Under the pieces are notes generated by a model that made no database searches, was not told where the DNA came from, and saw nothing but the letters and a program-made list of their open reading frames with translations. Positions 36,272 through 46,397 of a stretch of DNA of 64,000 nt are shown piece after piece. Numbering within the stretch: the first letter of the stretch is position 1; each line of letters starts with the position of its first letter. A program made the translations under genes and the position numbers. The stretch comes from a virus (lineage: Duplodnaviria > Caudoviricetes): positions 4,005 through 68,004 of IMG/VR virus record IMGVR_UViG_2901150838_000002. The stretch is one strand, 5' to 3'.

Positions 36272-37824
36272 GCAGCATCACCCGGCGGGTCATTCCCGCC
36301 ATCATCATTCTCATTTCCCTCATCACCGTCAGGGTTATCCCCTTCATCTACAGCCATAGGATCAAGCAACGCCATACGACGCTTGGACTCTTCTTCCTGT
36401 TCGGCCAGAACTTTGTCACGCGAAGCTTTCGGATCATCAATGAATGGCAGGAGGGCCAAGCGCTCTTCATGCGACACCTGACCGACAAGCTTGGTCACGA
36501 TATCTACCATCTCTACCAGATTGACAGGCAGGTTTTTGCTGAACCGGATATCGATGTCTTGATAGTCCCATTGCTTTTTGTACTTGGCATTCAGCATGCC
36601 CGTCAGGATACGGATACGGTTTCTAAACCCTTTTCCGTACTGACGCATTTTCAAGCCAGCTTTGATGTCCGCATGGTAGAAGATGATCTTCAAGGCAATG
36701 CCAGAAGGCGCGGAGCCCACTTGATCAGGCCGCAGATGGGGCGTTCCCGATTGATCGAGAAGGGATTCAATCAGCCGGTTGATGGTGTTTTCCTCGTGGG
36801 TATCTTGAAGGTCCCACGTGATTGGCACCGCCTTACCTCCGATGAGGATTTGAGAGGTTGCCCACATTTTCGCAAGATACTGCTTTTTCCTCTCCGTGTC
36901 GGTGATCAGATTCCCCTCTTCGTCATAAAGCAGTAACTCGTCCAAATCGAGGTCTTCAAACAGCACCTTCGGATTTTTGAAGTATTCCTGGACGTTCACC
37001 TTTCCGGTTACCGCTTTATTAATCGCATCCATGAGGTTTTTCAGATCAGCCAGATCACCCATGCCTTCAATTAATCCATCGTCTCGGTATTGCTGATGTT
37101 TACGCCTGCGGTTCACGTAATGTGTCCAGGGCACAACTGGTTTCTGCTGGAGCTTGCCGTCTTGGTCCTTTGTTAATACAGTCACCTGATGTGCGACCGG
37201 ATTGACCTCTCTACTCGTATCCAGTACGAGCACGGCGCCCTCCTGCCGAAGATAGGTAATTTCGTTTTCGTCGTACACCTCGACGATCAGCGATTTTTCA
37301 TTCCGCTGCATGTCGGTCAGAGAATAATAGCGGATGACAGCGATCAGCTTGGCCTTCACTGTTGTGTCATATACAGCAATGCACTCATCCGCTTTGAACT
37401 CGGTCATGCAAATCTGGCCGTCTTCGTCAAAATAATAGTATTCAAAGACCTCTCCATCGATAGAGCCATCCTCTATCAATTCGTAGGACAAACTTTCTTC
37501 ATCGTTGTCCACCAGAACCGCCTGCAGCTTTTCCGTATACTCATCGATGCCATCTTCTTCGACGTTGGCCGTATAACGGATCGGGTTGCTGGCGATGTAG
37601 GCAGTCCCAAAGTCGATGATCTTGCGGGCGAAGTTTACCACGATTCGGTTATTTGGCTTGCCCTTTTCCTCTTGCTGCTTCAGGATGTCATGATCACCAT
37701 CCACGTACTTCCGCATCAGGGAGTAGTCTTTTTGCTTGTGTTTGGAAATCAGATCGGATACCCAGCGCCAAGTATTGTTGGCTTTGTTCTCCTCGTAAAA
37801 CTGCTCAAGCAGCGTTGTTTGCAT
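36268..37824 (-). CDS. Portal protein (SPP1 gp6-like)
   Basis: NNRIVVNFAR, SGIALK, FSKNLP. Confidence 0.92.
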   Translation of the reverse strand: MQTTLLEQFYEENKANNTWRWVSDLISKHKQKDYSLMRKYVDGDHDILKQQEEKGKPNNRIVVNFARKIIDFGTAYIASNPIRYTANVEEDGIDEYTEKLQAVLVDNDEESLSYELIEDGSIDGEVFEYYYFDEDGQICMTEFKADECIAVYDTTVKAKLIAVIRYYSLTDMQRNEKSLIVEVYDENEITYLRQEGAVLVLDTSREVNPVAHQVTVLTKDQDGKLQQKPVVPWTHYVNRRRKHQQYRDDGLIEGMGDLADLKNLMDAINKAVTGKVNVQEYFKNPKVLFEDLDLDELLLYDEEGNLITDTERKKQYLAKMWATSQILIGGKAVPITWDLQDTHEENTINRLIESLLDQSGTPHLRPDQVGSAPSGIALKIIFYHADIKAGLKMRQYGKGFRNRIRILTGMLNAKYKKQWDYQDIDIRFSKNLPVNLVEMVDIVTKLVGQVSHEERLALLPFIDDPKASRDKVLAEQEEESKRRMALLDPMAVDEGDNPDGDEGNENDDGGNDPPGDAA

Positions 37825-37839
37825 GCTTTTTCACCCCCT

Positions 37840-39243
37840 TTACGCCGCATCGTCGGCAACTTTCCACGGAATCACTTTGAACCGGGCTATCAGTAACTGA
37901 TGGAATGTCTTGCTGTTCCAAACAAGGTACCGCAGCGCGTCCATAGAGTGATCATTTTCCTTGAGCGGAATCTCCGCTTTTTCTCCGGAAGCTCCTTCTG
38001 GATACCGGTAGTTTGTCAGCTCCTGAATCACATCTTTCAGGTGATCGCTGATAAAGATGTTTGGCCGCCCGTTGTCCGATTTCACTGTGAACAGCGATGC
38101 AACGGCACGAATACTAGGCTTTAGATGCTTCTTGGCCGCTTTTGCCGGCAGGCCGTTTGTCTGATAGGTCTTGATGTTACTCGGGTCTTCCTCGTCACAC
38201 CAAAACAGTCTGATCTTCCACTTTTTCATCAGCTCTTTATCCTGAGCCACCCAGCAATTCGGATCACCCGGAATGAGGATTTCCATCTGACGCTTATAGA
38301 TGGCATCGACGATCCACAGTTCCCCATTGGCTGTCATGGCACCAACCAATGTCACACCGGGATTTGTAAAGCCCCAGTCTTTACCGGCTTCAACCAAAAC
38401 AAAGTCGCCGTTTTCAAACTTCTGACGGCAGAGGGATTGCGGGACAACGTGAACAGAGCGGTCAAATTCTTCATACACCTGCCCAAAAAACACATCAAAC
38501 CGGGCAAAAATCTCCCGGTCAACATATCGCTTCGGCATGGTCTCGATCATGCGCTGTATATTCCTCTGCAGCTCAGGCAGTGGATTATCCTTGCTGGTCC
38601 AGTAGAAGTTTCGCCACTCTGGATCGTTTCGGTATTCTTCCAAATGCCCTCCAGCTGGCGTGTGTTGGCCGTTCAAGACGATTTCATGATAGAACCAGTT
38701 CATTCCTTCAGGCGTGGTCGTCCAAACGCTCCAGCCGCCTTTATCAGCGAGAGCATAGGAGAGATAACCACTCCATGTATCGGCCTTCATTTTCGATGCC
38801 TCATCCAGCCACACCCCACTCAAACCTTTACCAACGAGCGTTTTCGGCCTGTCAGCGGACTTGAACTGAATGAGAATGTACCCTTTCAGCCAGATACGGT
38901 TTTTTGACGCGTCCCAGTTCTCAATCATCTCTTCCGGGATTACCGCTGCCAGCTCTTCCTGCTGAATTTCCGACATGGAGTAGGTCGGCGATACGCACCA
39001 GTATTCCAGCCGCGGCTTCGGCTTTTTCATGACCTTCAAGTTTCGCGGGGGCTTATACGGCAGGCCCTTTCCTGCCTCAATGTCGGCCAGGATGTTATCA
39101 AAGAATTTTCGGGCCCCTACGTTGGTTTTGCCACCACGACGACCGCAGTTCATGACCACATTTCGAGCGTCGCACTCCATGACCTCAATCTGTTTTGCAT
39201 GAGGAGTCCAATCCGTGAAAGGATCAAGCATTAGGCTTGTCAC
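37840..39243 (-). CDS. terL: Terminase large subunit
   Basis: GRRGGKT, WLDEAS, TTTPEG, DWGFTNP, DHSMDALRY. Confidence 0.92.
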   Translation of the reverse strand: MTSLMLDPFTDWTPHAKQIEVMECDARNVVMNCGRRGGKTNVGARKFFDNILADIEAGKGLPYKPPRNLKVMKKPKPRLEYWCVSPTYSMSEIQQEELAAVIPEEMIENWDASKNRIWLKGYILIQFKSADRPKTLVGKGLSGVWLDEASKMKADTWSGYLSYALADKGGWSVWTTTPEGMNWFYHEIVLNGQHTPAGGHLEEYRNDPEWRNFYWTSKDNPLPELQRNIQRMIETMPKRYVDREIFARFDVFFGQVYEEFDRSVHVVPQSLCRQKFENGDFVLVEAGKDWGFTNPGVTLVGAMTANGELWIVDAIYKRQMEILIPGDPNCWVAQDKELMKKWKIRLFWCDEEDPSNIKTYQTNGLPAKAAKKHLKPSIRAVASLFTVKSDNGRPNIFISDHLKDVIQELTNYRYPEGASGEKAEIPLKENDHSMDALRYLVWNSKTFHQLLIARFKVIPWKVADDAA

Positions 39244-40006
39244 GTGACCACCTCCGCACGATGATTTCCTTCTCAGGACCACCGCCGTTGTTGACCAGCT
39301 GCGCCTTCAATTGAATGGCCTTCAATTTTTTGTCCTGGACGCGGGTCAGAGCTTCTTCCAAAGCGAGAATATCCTCAATTGCTCGGTACTCAGTCTCCTC
39401 TATCTCCGTTGTGACCAGCTCGTCGCGGGAACGGATGAAGGTTTTCGTTTCCCCGGATTTCTCATCATGAATTTGCACCGGCTCTTTGATGGTCAATCTC
39501 TCCTGCAGGACACGCCGTTGCTTCTCGGTTAACCCTTCGGTCAGTTTGCGAATGCGCATCATCATTTCCCGTTCGCGCCAAGCCAGCAAACGAATTTCAT
39601 CATCTGCTTGGCTGACAGGATCAAGGTCGATGCGATCAAGCACTTCCGCCTGCTCAGGAGTCAGAGCGTCCATCCAGATTGATTGATGTTCCCCTGTCCT
39701 CACAGCATTGGTGTTTCGTGGCGGTGCCCCGCCGCTGTTCCCGACAGCATTTCTGTTCCCAGGGGGAGCGCCCCCGCCGTTGCCTACGGCGTTCTTGTTA
39801 CCTTTCGGCGCGCCCCGTTTTTTTGTTGTACAACTTTCATCAGGCGATTGTTGTACAACATTCCATTTGTCGCGCTGCTTCCACACAGCAATGACCTTTT
39901 CATTCTCTCCAAGCATTTCCGCGATCTGGCGATTTGTTATGTCTCCATTGTGTTCAAGCCATATCTTGTATGCTTTATCACGATTGGGATTTCTCTCCCT
40001 CGGCAT
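39224..40006 (-). CDS. terS: Terminase small subunit
   Basis: MPRERNPNRDKA, WKQRDKW, repeated GAP.GN.NA. Confidence 0.9.
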   Translation of the reverse strand: MPRERNPNRDKAYKIWLEHNGDITNRQIAEMLGENEKVIAVWKQRDKWNVVQQSPDESCTTKKRGAPKGNKNAVGNGGGAPPGNRNAVGNSGGAPPRNTNAVRTGEHQSIWMDALTPEQAEVLDRIDLDPVSQADDEIRLLAWREREMMMRIRKLTEGLTEKQRRVLQERLTIKEPVQIHDEKSGETKTFIRSRDELVTTEIEETEYRAIEDILALEEALTRVQDKKLKAIQLKAQLVNNGGGPEKEIIVRRWSRDKPNA

Positions 40007-40117
40007 TACATCTCACCCCACCTCCGGACTCGGTTTTGTGTTGTGTTGTTTTTCAACGCCAGCATGCCGGAAAAAGTTTCTACCGGATTCACCTCTTTAT
40101 GAAAGGAGGTGGTTCTT

Positions 40118-40240
40118 GTGATTCGATTCATCATCAGCTTGCTCGGAATCGTTTTGGTTTGCAGCCATATCGATGATCACCCAGTGGAGACTTTGATTGC
40201 ATTGGGCGCAATGTTTTATGTCTGGCAAAAGGGCAACTAA
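40118..40240 (+). CDS. 40-aa hydrophobic peptide, antisense to the late operon
   Basis: AAAGGAGGTG RBS, GTG start; MIRFIISLLGIVLVCSHIDDHPVETLIALGAMFYVWQKGN*. Confidence 0.55.
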   Translation: MIRFIISLLGIVLVCSHIDDHPVETLIALGAMFYVWQKGN

Positions 40241-40470
40241 AGCTCATCTTTCTGCAACTCGATGTCCAGCTCGATCAGCTTTTTCAGATCATCCACCGTT
40301 TTGATTTCGATGTGGCCGGATTGAAAGTCTTTCACCCATTTGCCGATTGCTGCTTTGACGACTTTCCTGTACTGCGCCTTTGACTCCAAGATGCCTTCCA
40401 ACACTTCAATTTCATGCTGCAGCAAAAGGTCGTCAGGAGCAGAAGGAGAACATTCGTTTGTATTTTTCAT
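40237..40470 (-). CDS. Hypothetical protein
   Basis: IKTVDDLKKLIELD motif, commonly upstream of terS. Confidence 0.65.
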   Translation of the reverse strand: MKNTNECSPSAPDDLLLQHEIEVLEGILESKAQYRKVVKAAIGKWVKDFQSGHIEIKTVDDLKKLIELDIELQKDEL

Positions 40471-40606
40471 TGAGACACCCTCAGCTTTCCTGTAAAATGG
40501 AAAACGAGATAGCGAGTTCAGGAATCTGCGGCCGCAGGGTTTCGCTATCTCTGCCGGGGGTGTCCCGGTGGATCTGGGAGGGCGTTGGAGCGTCCTCCCT
40601 TTTCAT

Positions 40607-41902
40607 TTATGCTGCGTCGTGTTTTCTGCTGACAAGCACAGGTTCTATACCGGTGCTCTCATAGAAACGTCGCTTAATGACATCGCAGAATTTCGGATCA
40701 AGCTCCATCGTTCTGCATTCACGCCCCATCTGTTCACAGGTCATCAGTGTTGCACCGCTACCACCAAAGAAGTCAGCTGCAATATCCCCTTTCTGGCTGC
40801 TGTTACCGATCGGGATTGCAAGAAGATCCAGTGGTTTTTGTGTTGGATGGACATACTTACTGACGTCCCCGCGGGATACCTCCCATACTGTCTCTGGTTC
40901 CTGCTGTTCATCAGGTAATCCAGCCCGCCAAACAGTGGTTTGCTTTCGATCACCGTACCAAGCTGGTGCCTTGCCCTTCAAATGAGCATAAAACACAGGT
41001 TCATGCTTGTATTTGTACTGAGCAAACCCGAAGGTTGCCGCATTTTTCACCCACACACATTGCGTTCTGACCACGATGCCGGCTTTATTCATGGCATTTT
41101 CAAATTCACGCTGATACAGTGACGGATGGAAAACATAGATCGCAGCCTTTGGGTCCATGACAGTTGCATAGTTTAGGAAAACCTTGTCCAGAAATTCAAC
41201 GAACTGCTCCATTGGCATATCATCGTTGAGGATGCTTTCCCGCCCATCTGCTGCAAGCTCAGCTGACTCGCTTTCAAATGCGACGTTGTATGGAGGGTCC
41301 GTTACGACCAGGGCAGCCTTCTTACCATTCATCAACTGCAGGACGTCATCCAGATTTGTGGAGTCGCCGCACATCAGAAAATGCCTTCCCAGCTGCCAAA
41401 CGTCTCCATACATCGTCTCCGGCTCTTTGATATCATCAAGCGCTTTTCCGACGTCGAAATTATCGTCTACCACCGGCTCGTCGACTGCAATGTCCTGGTA
41501 CTGTACAAGCAGCGAGTTGATCTCCTCTTCTCCGAAACCGGTCAAACTGATATCAATGTCTGTCTGCTGCAGATCCGAGAGAACCTGAGCCAGCTTCTCC
41601 TCGTCCCAGCCCCCGCTGATTTTATTCAGGGCCAAATTGAGAGCCTTCTCTCTGCTATCGTCCAGGTCCACAACGGAAACCTCTACCTCGACGGCCCCCT
41701 GCTCGTTGACGAGGATTTTATACCGCTGATGCCCCCCAACGAGATTTCCGCTTCGCTCATTCCAAACAAGCGGCTCGACGTAACCGAATTCTTCAATCGA
41801 TCGTTTCAGCTTTTCGTAATCGGGATCACCAGGCTGCAGATCAATTCTTGGATTGTACGGAGCTGGGTTGATCAAAGAGACAGGTATTTTTCGTATGTCC
41901 AT
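40607..41902 (-). CDS. ParB-N fused N6/N4 DNA methyltransferase
   Basis: PAPYNPR, GGHQR, TDPPY, HPTQKP, DFFGGSG. Confidence 0.9.
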   Translation of the reverse strand: MDIRKIPVSLINPAPYNPRIDLQPGDPDYEKLKRSIEEFGYVEPLVWNERSGNLVGGHQRYKILVNEQGAVEVEVSVVDLDDSREKALNLALNKISGGWDEEKLAQVLSDLQQTDIDISLTGFGEEEINSLLVQYQDIAVDEPVVDDNFDVGKALDDIKEPETMYGDVWQLGRHFLMCGDSTNLDDVLQLMNGKKAALVVTDPPYNVAFESESAELAADGRESILNDDMPMEQFVEFLDKVFLNYATVMDPKAAIYVFHPSLYQREFENAMNKAGIVVRTQCVWVKNAATFGFAQYKYKHEPVFYAHLKGKAPAWYGDRKQTTVWRAGLPDEQQEPETVWEVSRGDVSKYVHPTQKPLDLLAIPIGNSSQKGDIAADFFGGSGATLMTCEQMGRECRTMELDPKFCDVIKRRFYESTGIEPVLVSRKHDAA

Positions 41903-42120
41903 GCTTTTCTGCTCCTTCTGGCAATAGTAGTAAGAATAAAGAATATTGCCAGCCCGAAAACGGCTGAATGCCTTGAGAGGCAAGGGCTGACATCGTTTTT
42001 TTGAGCGCTACAAAGTAACTACTTTTCGAGCGGAAAAGTATACGTTTTGTATCACTGCCAAAATCTATGGTCGTGCTTAGAGCGACAAGGCTTCTGAGCC
42101 TATGTGATTCCGGCGACCCC

Positions 42121-42639
42121 CTATTCGGAATTCGGGTCTTCCCCGGCCTCCGTGATCTCCTGTCTAAATAGCTGCAGGAGAGATGTTTCCGCTGCCTTCC
42201 CGTTAAGCGAGAACAGCGGGTTTATTGCCAGGGCTGTCCTTCCATCGGTTTCGACGCGCCGGAGAATCCGCTGCTCAATAAATGATTTGACGATCTTTCT
42301 GGCCTGCGGATAGGAGCAGTCGGCAACTCTGGCAAGGTCCTTGACAGTGAGCGGTATGCCTTTCTGGCCGCGCTCATTGTCTCCTTCAAGAAGATTCGTC
42401 CCCTCGCTGGCATACGGAGTGATCTTCAATAAAAAACCAGCCTCAGCGAGTGACAGCTTCCTGAGCCGTCGCTTTGCCTTCTGGCTGGCTTTGATCTTTA
42501 CGAATTTTGCGCTGCGCCCTGCTGGACGGAAAACCTTGACGATCTCATCCGGGCGCCGGAGGATTTGCTCCTCATAGAAAACCTCTCCGGTCTCTGGGTC
42601 AACGAATTGACGCACTACATGATCACCACCACCTGCCAT
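42121..42639 (-). CDS. RepL-like winged-HTH protein
   Basis: VDPETGEV, FVKI, HTH, INP...G. Confidence 0.6.
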   Translation of the reverse strand: MAGGGDHVVRQFVDPETGEVFYEEQILRRPDEIVKVFRPAGRSAKFVKIKASQKAKRRLRKLSLAEAGFLLKITPYASEGTNLLEGDNERGQKGIPLTVKDLARVADCSYPQARKIVKSFIEQRILRRVETDGRTALAINPLFSLNGKAAETSLLQLFRQEITEAGEDPNSE

Positions 42640-42695
42640 AATTACGCATAAAAAAGGGAGTCACGACTTCTGCCGCACTCCCTTTAGTGTTTTGC

Positions 42696-43097
42696 CTATA
42701 CAACTGTAATTCCAGCCTGGCGTAGATATTCATCAAAGCTGTAACCGTGAATAGAATTTACGATTTGACCAAGCTTATACTGTTCCTCTGTGATAGTCAT
42801 GCCGTCCAACTTAGGATAAGGGATATAGGAACGGTGGCCATCAACAGCAACTGTAAAAAACTGCTCAATAATGCTGTCATTGAACTGCAAAAAGTATATT
42901 TTTCTTCTTGCATTCTTATCAGGGAAACTTCTTGCCCAATCCTCGTAAAAACCGTCATCCCCTACTGGTTCAGAACGATCTGATAGAATTGAGATTCTGA
43001 TGTCCCCTTTGAAAATAAACTTACCTAGTTCGTCGTCGTAAAGCCAATCCTCTTCATCGGAATTGGTAATCAACGACTTAAAATCATCATATCTCAC
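42696..43097 (-). CDS. Hypothetical moron protein
   Basis: GTG start after GAGGAGGTG; AT-rich. Confidence 0.7.
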   Translation of the reverse strand: MRYDDFKSLITNSDEEDWLYDDELGKFIFKGDIRISILSDRSEPVGDDGFYEDWARSFPDKNARRKIYFLQFNDSIIEQFFTVAVDGHRSYIPYPKLDGMTITEEQYKLGQIVNSIHGYSFDEYLRQAGITVV

Positions 43098-43159
43098 AGA
43101 CAATTCACCTCCTCTTGTCATTCTTCGACATTTAGGAGGATTTTCCTGTAACATTTTTA

Positions 43160-43700
43160 CTATTCCCCCACTTCCTTCGGCAGGGGGAGCTCCGCCGCGA
43201 GCCAATCCTTATGCCTGCTGCGGTCACAGACTGTAGGAGGTGGTGCAGCTGGGCCTGCAAACCCAAACCAGCAAGCATTTGCCCCTTACTTGCTGCAAAT
43301 GACACGTCCACTGCACTCTTAGGGAGGATCGGCGTATCGAATATGAGAGGTACTGGACAAGGGGCGAGGGGCCGGAGCCGTAGGTCTCGCATGTAATCCC
43401 CTGTCCGGTATATCCCAGATGTATACTGTCGCTCTCAGCGTTCACCCAGGCAGATGGGAGTCATGTGAATCGTGATCGCGACGGACACAGACACAAAGAT
43501 CAAACAGAAATCTTGTTCCTCCGTAGCGCCCGCCGCACCTAACACCCCAATAAGGAATGTGCATGCTCTCATCGTCATGCGCGCAAATAGGACTCCAGCT
43601 GCTCTGCCTGTTCGACTGCAACGCTCATCGCCCCTACGTATCGCCCCGAGTACCGCCGTTGATAAGGGAGGATACGGTATCTCCCAAGAGCAAAACTCTT
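43160..43700 (-). ncRNA. Large structured ncRNA candidate at 5' end of late operon
   Basis: No credible ORF; at least six nested long-range helices plus 3' hairpins (see findings). Confidence 0.65.
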
Positions 43701-43741
43701 AACTCAAGGGTACCGATCCGGCCAAATAAAAACGTCCAGCA

Positions 43742-43808
43742 TTTTGTCCTCATTTTTTTCCATATTTTTCTCCGGGTTTTGTCCTACTTTTTGTCGGACT
43801 TTTTTCGA
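43742..43808 (-). promoter_or_regulatory. Phased ~12-bp repeats (GGACAAAA-like), putative ArpU activator sites of late promoter
   Basis: Six TTTT(G/T/C)TC(C/G) units just downstream of arpU. Confidence 0.6.
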
Positions 43809-43826
43809 GAAATTGAAAAACGGCAC

Positions 43827-44213
43827 TCAAATGATCCGGAGTGCCGTCGCGAGCTGGAATATCGCCTCTCGCTTTTTGATGTAGTATTGGTCTTTCGTCA
43901 GACCCAGTTCCAGATACACATTGATATCGTTCACTCTGGCCGGGCTGAGATATTTCTCCTCGATGATCTTCCTTTCTATTTCATCCAGTGAGTATTGGAG
44001 TGCCCGCTCGATCTGTCTGGCTTTCAGGTCGTTTTTTGTCTCTGACTGATGCAACCTTGGAAAAAGCTGATCAATTCCCTTCTCGGCCTGCTCTTGTTTG
44101 TTTTGTACGGCGACACGGAGGGCTTTGTATGCCTTCAGCTCTTTTACAACAGCCTTACGGACCTCTCTTTCGTTCACTGGTTGCAGAAAGGATAATTGCT
44201 CTGGAGCGCTCAT
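43827..44213 (-). CDS. ArpU-family late transcriptional activator
   Basis: ERKIIEEKYL...YYIKKREAIFQLATAL. Confidence 0.88.
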   Translation of the reverse strand: MSAPEQLSFLQPVNEREVRKAVVKELKAYKALRVAVQNKQEQAEKGIDQLFPRLHQSETKNDLKARQIERALQYSLDEIERKIIEEKYLSPARVNDINVYLELGLTKDQYYIKKREAIFQLATALRII

Positions 44214-44297
44214 CTTCCATTCCCCCTTGTCCGGTTCCAATGGTATAATTTTCTTGGCTGAAATACCTTGGGCTCCCGGATAGGGGGCTATTTTTGT

Positions 44298-45110
44298 TTA
44301 CTGTTTTTTCAAGAGCAACTCACTGCCCGATGCTTTCACAAGCTTTGTCACCTCGTCCACGTCTCTTTTTATGCGCTCTATAGCTCGTTTCATATCAGGA
44401 TGGATACCCTGCCCGATCATTTCCACGACATCCCTCGGCCACCATGAGTACCGGACGTTTATTCCTGCTTTTTCGGCAGCTTCTTTGATTAGAGCTAGCT
44501 GTTCACCCTTATTTCCGCCGTATCTCAGCTCATCTTCCAGCTCCTTCACCTTTTTCCTCAATGCACTGATCTCATCGAATAACCGTCCCTTAAATTCCTG
44601 GCCGATACGCAGACGTGCTTCTTTTTGCGAGAGGTATGATTCGATCATCTCCCGTCGATCACTGAAAAACGGATGGCGGTCAGAGTCAGTCCGAGACAGA
44701 AGGATGTAATACAACAGGTCAGCTGGCATCTCGATTAGGCGATATTTTGCTGGGCGCTTTGTCACCAACGCACCAGAATCTGGGTAGTACCAGATCAGCC
44801 CTACTTCGGTTGTTAGTTCCTCTGGTGCTATCAATCCTTTTGGGCAAACAAAGCTGAAACAATGGCAATGCTGCAGGTATCCAGGCCACTTTTCGTCTTT
44901 GAGGAAGTCACTACGGCTTACCTTTACTTCGTATCCTGTCAGGCGCGGCTTTGCCCAGCTTTTCTTTATCGCAAATGCATCGAACTTCAACAACTCATTG
45001 CTTCCCCATGTCGCTCCGGTCTTTACCTCTGTAAGGAAAACATCGTCAGTGTGCCGCTTAGCCAACGCGCGTTTAATCTCGTCCGCCTTGACGTTTGTCT
45101 TTTTGGTCAC
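44298..45110 (-). CDS. MmcB-like PD-(D/E)XK nuclease
   Basis: FDAFA...GYEVKVSRSDF. Confidence 0.7.
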   Translation of the reverse strand: MTKKTNVKADEIKRALAKRHTDDVFLTEVKTGATWGSNELLKFDAFAIKKSWAKPRLTGYEVKVSRSDFLKDEKWPGYLQHCHCFSFVCPKGLIAPEELTTEVGLIWYYPDSGALVTKRPAKYRLIEMPADLLYYILLSRTDSDRHPFFSDRREMIESYLSQKEARLRIGQEFKGRLFDEISALRKKVKELEDELRYGGNKGEQLALIKEAAEKAGINVRYSWWPRDVVEMIGQGIHPDMKRAIERIKRDVDEVTKLVKASGSELLLKKQ

Positions 45111-45136
45111 GTTCTTCCCTCCCGACTAGTTTTTTT

Positions 45137-45289
45137 CTAAAACTGACGATATGCCTTAGCTGCCTCCTCTTCCGTTTTCATATCCATCATGTAAAGCATG
45201 GAGCCCTCGATCTCTCTGATCTGCTCCTCGCTGTACCCCTTCCGCTGCATCGCCAGAATCATATAACCAATTGCAGCTTGATTCGTCAT
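45137..45289 (-). CDS. Small hypothetical protein
   Basis: MTNQAAIGYMILA phage family-like pattern. Confidence 0.6.
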   Translation of the reverse strand: MTNQAAIGYMILAMQRKGYSEEQIREIEGSMLYMMDMKTEEEAAKAYRQF

Positions 45290-45360
45290 AATAAACATCA
45301 TCCTTTTCTTTTTTTGTCCCAACTGAAAGGGTTATGCTCTACCAAAAGGAGCGTGATTCT

Positions 45361-45558
45361 ATGAACAAGTCTTTCTATTACCTCATCCCCTGGAGCCGAC
45401 AGAAGGATATCAAGCGCAAACTCATGGGGTTGAGGGTACCCTTCACATTTGAAACTGCTGACGGAGAGTGTGCCGTCGTCTTTCCGGATCTCCCCGTCAG
45501 GCAATATGCAGAAGTTAGAAAGCTGTTCAATGGTGACGGTGCGCCTTATCCAAACTAA
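45361..45558 (+). CDS. Small hypothetical protein, opposite strand
   Basis: AAGGAG RBS; VFPDLPVRQY motif. Confidence 0.6.
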   Translation: MNKSFYYLIPWSRQKDIKRKLMGLRVPFTFETADGECAVVFPDLPVRQYAEVRKLFNGDGAPYPN

Positions 45559-46397
45559 GTGCCATATTCAAAAAGGCTTTGTTCCATCGGCTTGTAATTC
45601 ATAAGGAGAAGCTCGGTTGCATCTGGCCGTGTGTAGCCTTCGCCAGAAACAACCGTATTTTTCTTGGCCTTGATCTCCTTTCGATACCATCCTGGATACA
45701 ATTCGCGGACCAAATCGCAATCGTAATAGGAGAGAATCACCTTTCCCTTGGCTTTATTCAACAGTTTGGCAAGATCCCGATGGTCATTCTCATCAAAATC
45801 TCCTGGGTAACGGTGTTCGCTGCCTACATAAGGCGGATCAACGTAATGCAGCGTTCTCGGGGTATCGTACGTCTTGATGTTGTCCCGGAAATCATGACGT
45901 TCGATGATCACCAGCCGCATGCGATCTGCAAACTCATGAATTCTTTCACATACCCCCTGGTAAGATTTCGGAGAATTGTGCTTCGGGCTGTGCTTAAATC
46001 CTGACTTATGATTCAGTCCGCCGCCGTTAATTCCTAGCCGATTCACATAAAAGAATCGTACAGCACGGTCGAAATTGCTGATGTAACCACCGCGGCGCCG
46101 GTAGTGAAACAACTCTTCTTGCCACTGTTCGAACAAGGATCTCGAGTACGGCAGTTTTTTCACCGCCTGATAGAATCTTTCCGGATCCTCGTTGACGACC
46201 ATCAGAAAGTTAACTGCATCGTCATTGATATCGTTGTACACGTCGACCTTGCCGGGCGGCTTTTCTGCAATGACCCGAGCAGAGCCACCAAACGGCTCAT
46301 TATAGGTATCGTGGTCAACCTGCTCGATCAGTTCTAAAATGTGCCCGAGAATAGTCGCCTTTCCTCCGAACCAGATGAGTGGTGATTTCGCTCCCAT
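45555..46397 (-). CDS. Dam-family DNA adenine methyltransferase
   Basis: WFGGK, EPFGGS, YNDIN, YVDPPY. Confidence 0.92.
   Translation of the reverse strand: MGAKSPLIWFGGKATILGHILELIEQVDHDTYNEPFGGSARVIAEKPPGKVDVYNDINDDAVNFLMVVNEDPERFYQAVKKLPYSRSLFEQWQEELFHYRRRGGYISNFDRAVRFFYVNRLGINGGGLNHKSGFKHSPKHNSPKSYQGVCERIHEFADRMRLVIIERHDFRDNIKTYDTPRTLHYVDPPYVGSEHRYPGDFDENDHRDLAKLLNKAKGKVILSYYDCDLVRELYPGWYRKEIKAKKNTVVSGEGYTRPDATELLLMNYKPMEQSLFEYGT

Noticed and set aside
39690-39820. Tandem DNA repeats in terS
   Set aside because: Encode the usual GAPxGNxNA peptide repeats of this TerS family
43132-43991. Short ORFs overlapping the post-arpU region
   Set aside because: No RBS, atypical composition, mutually overlapping; RNA structure explains the region better
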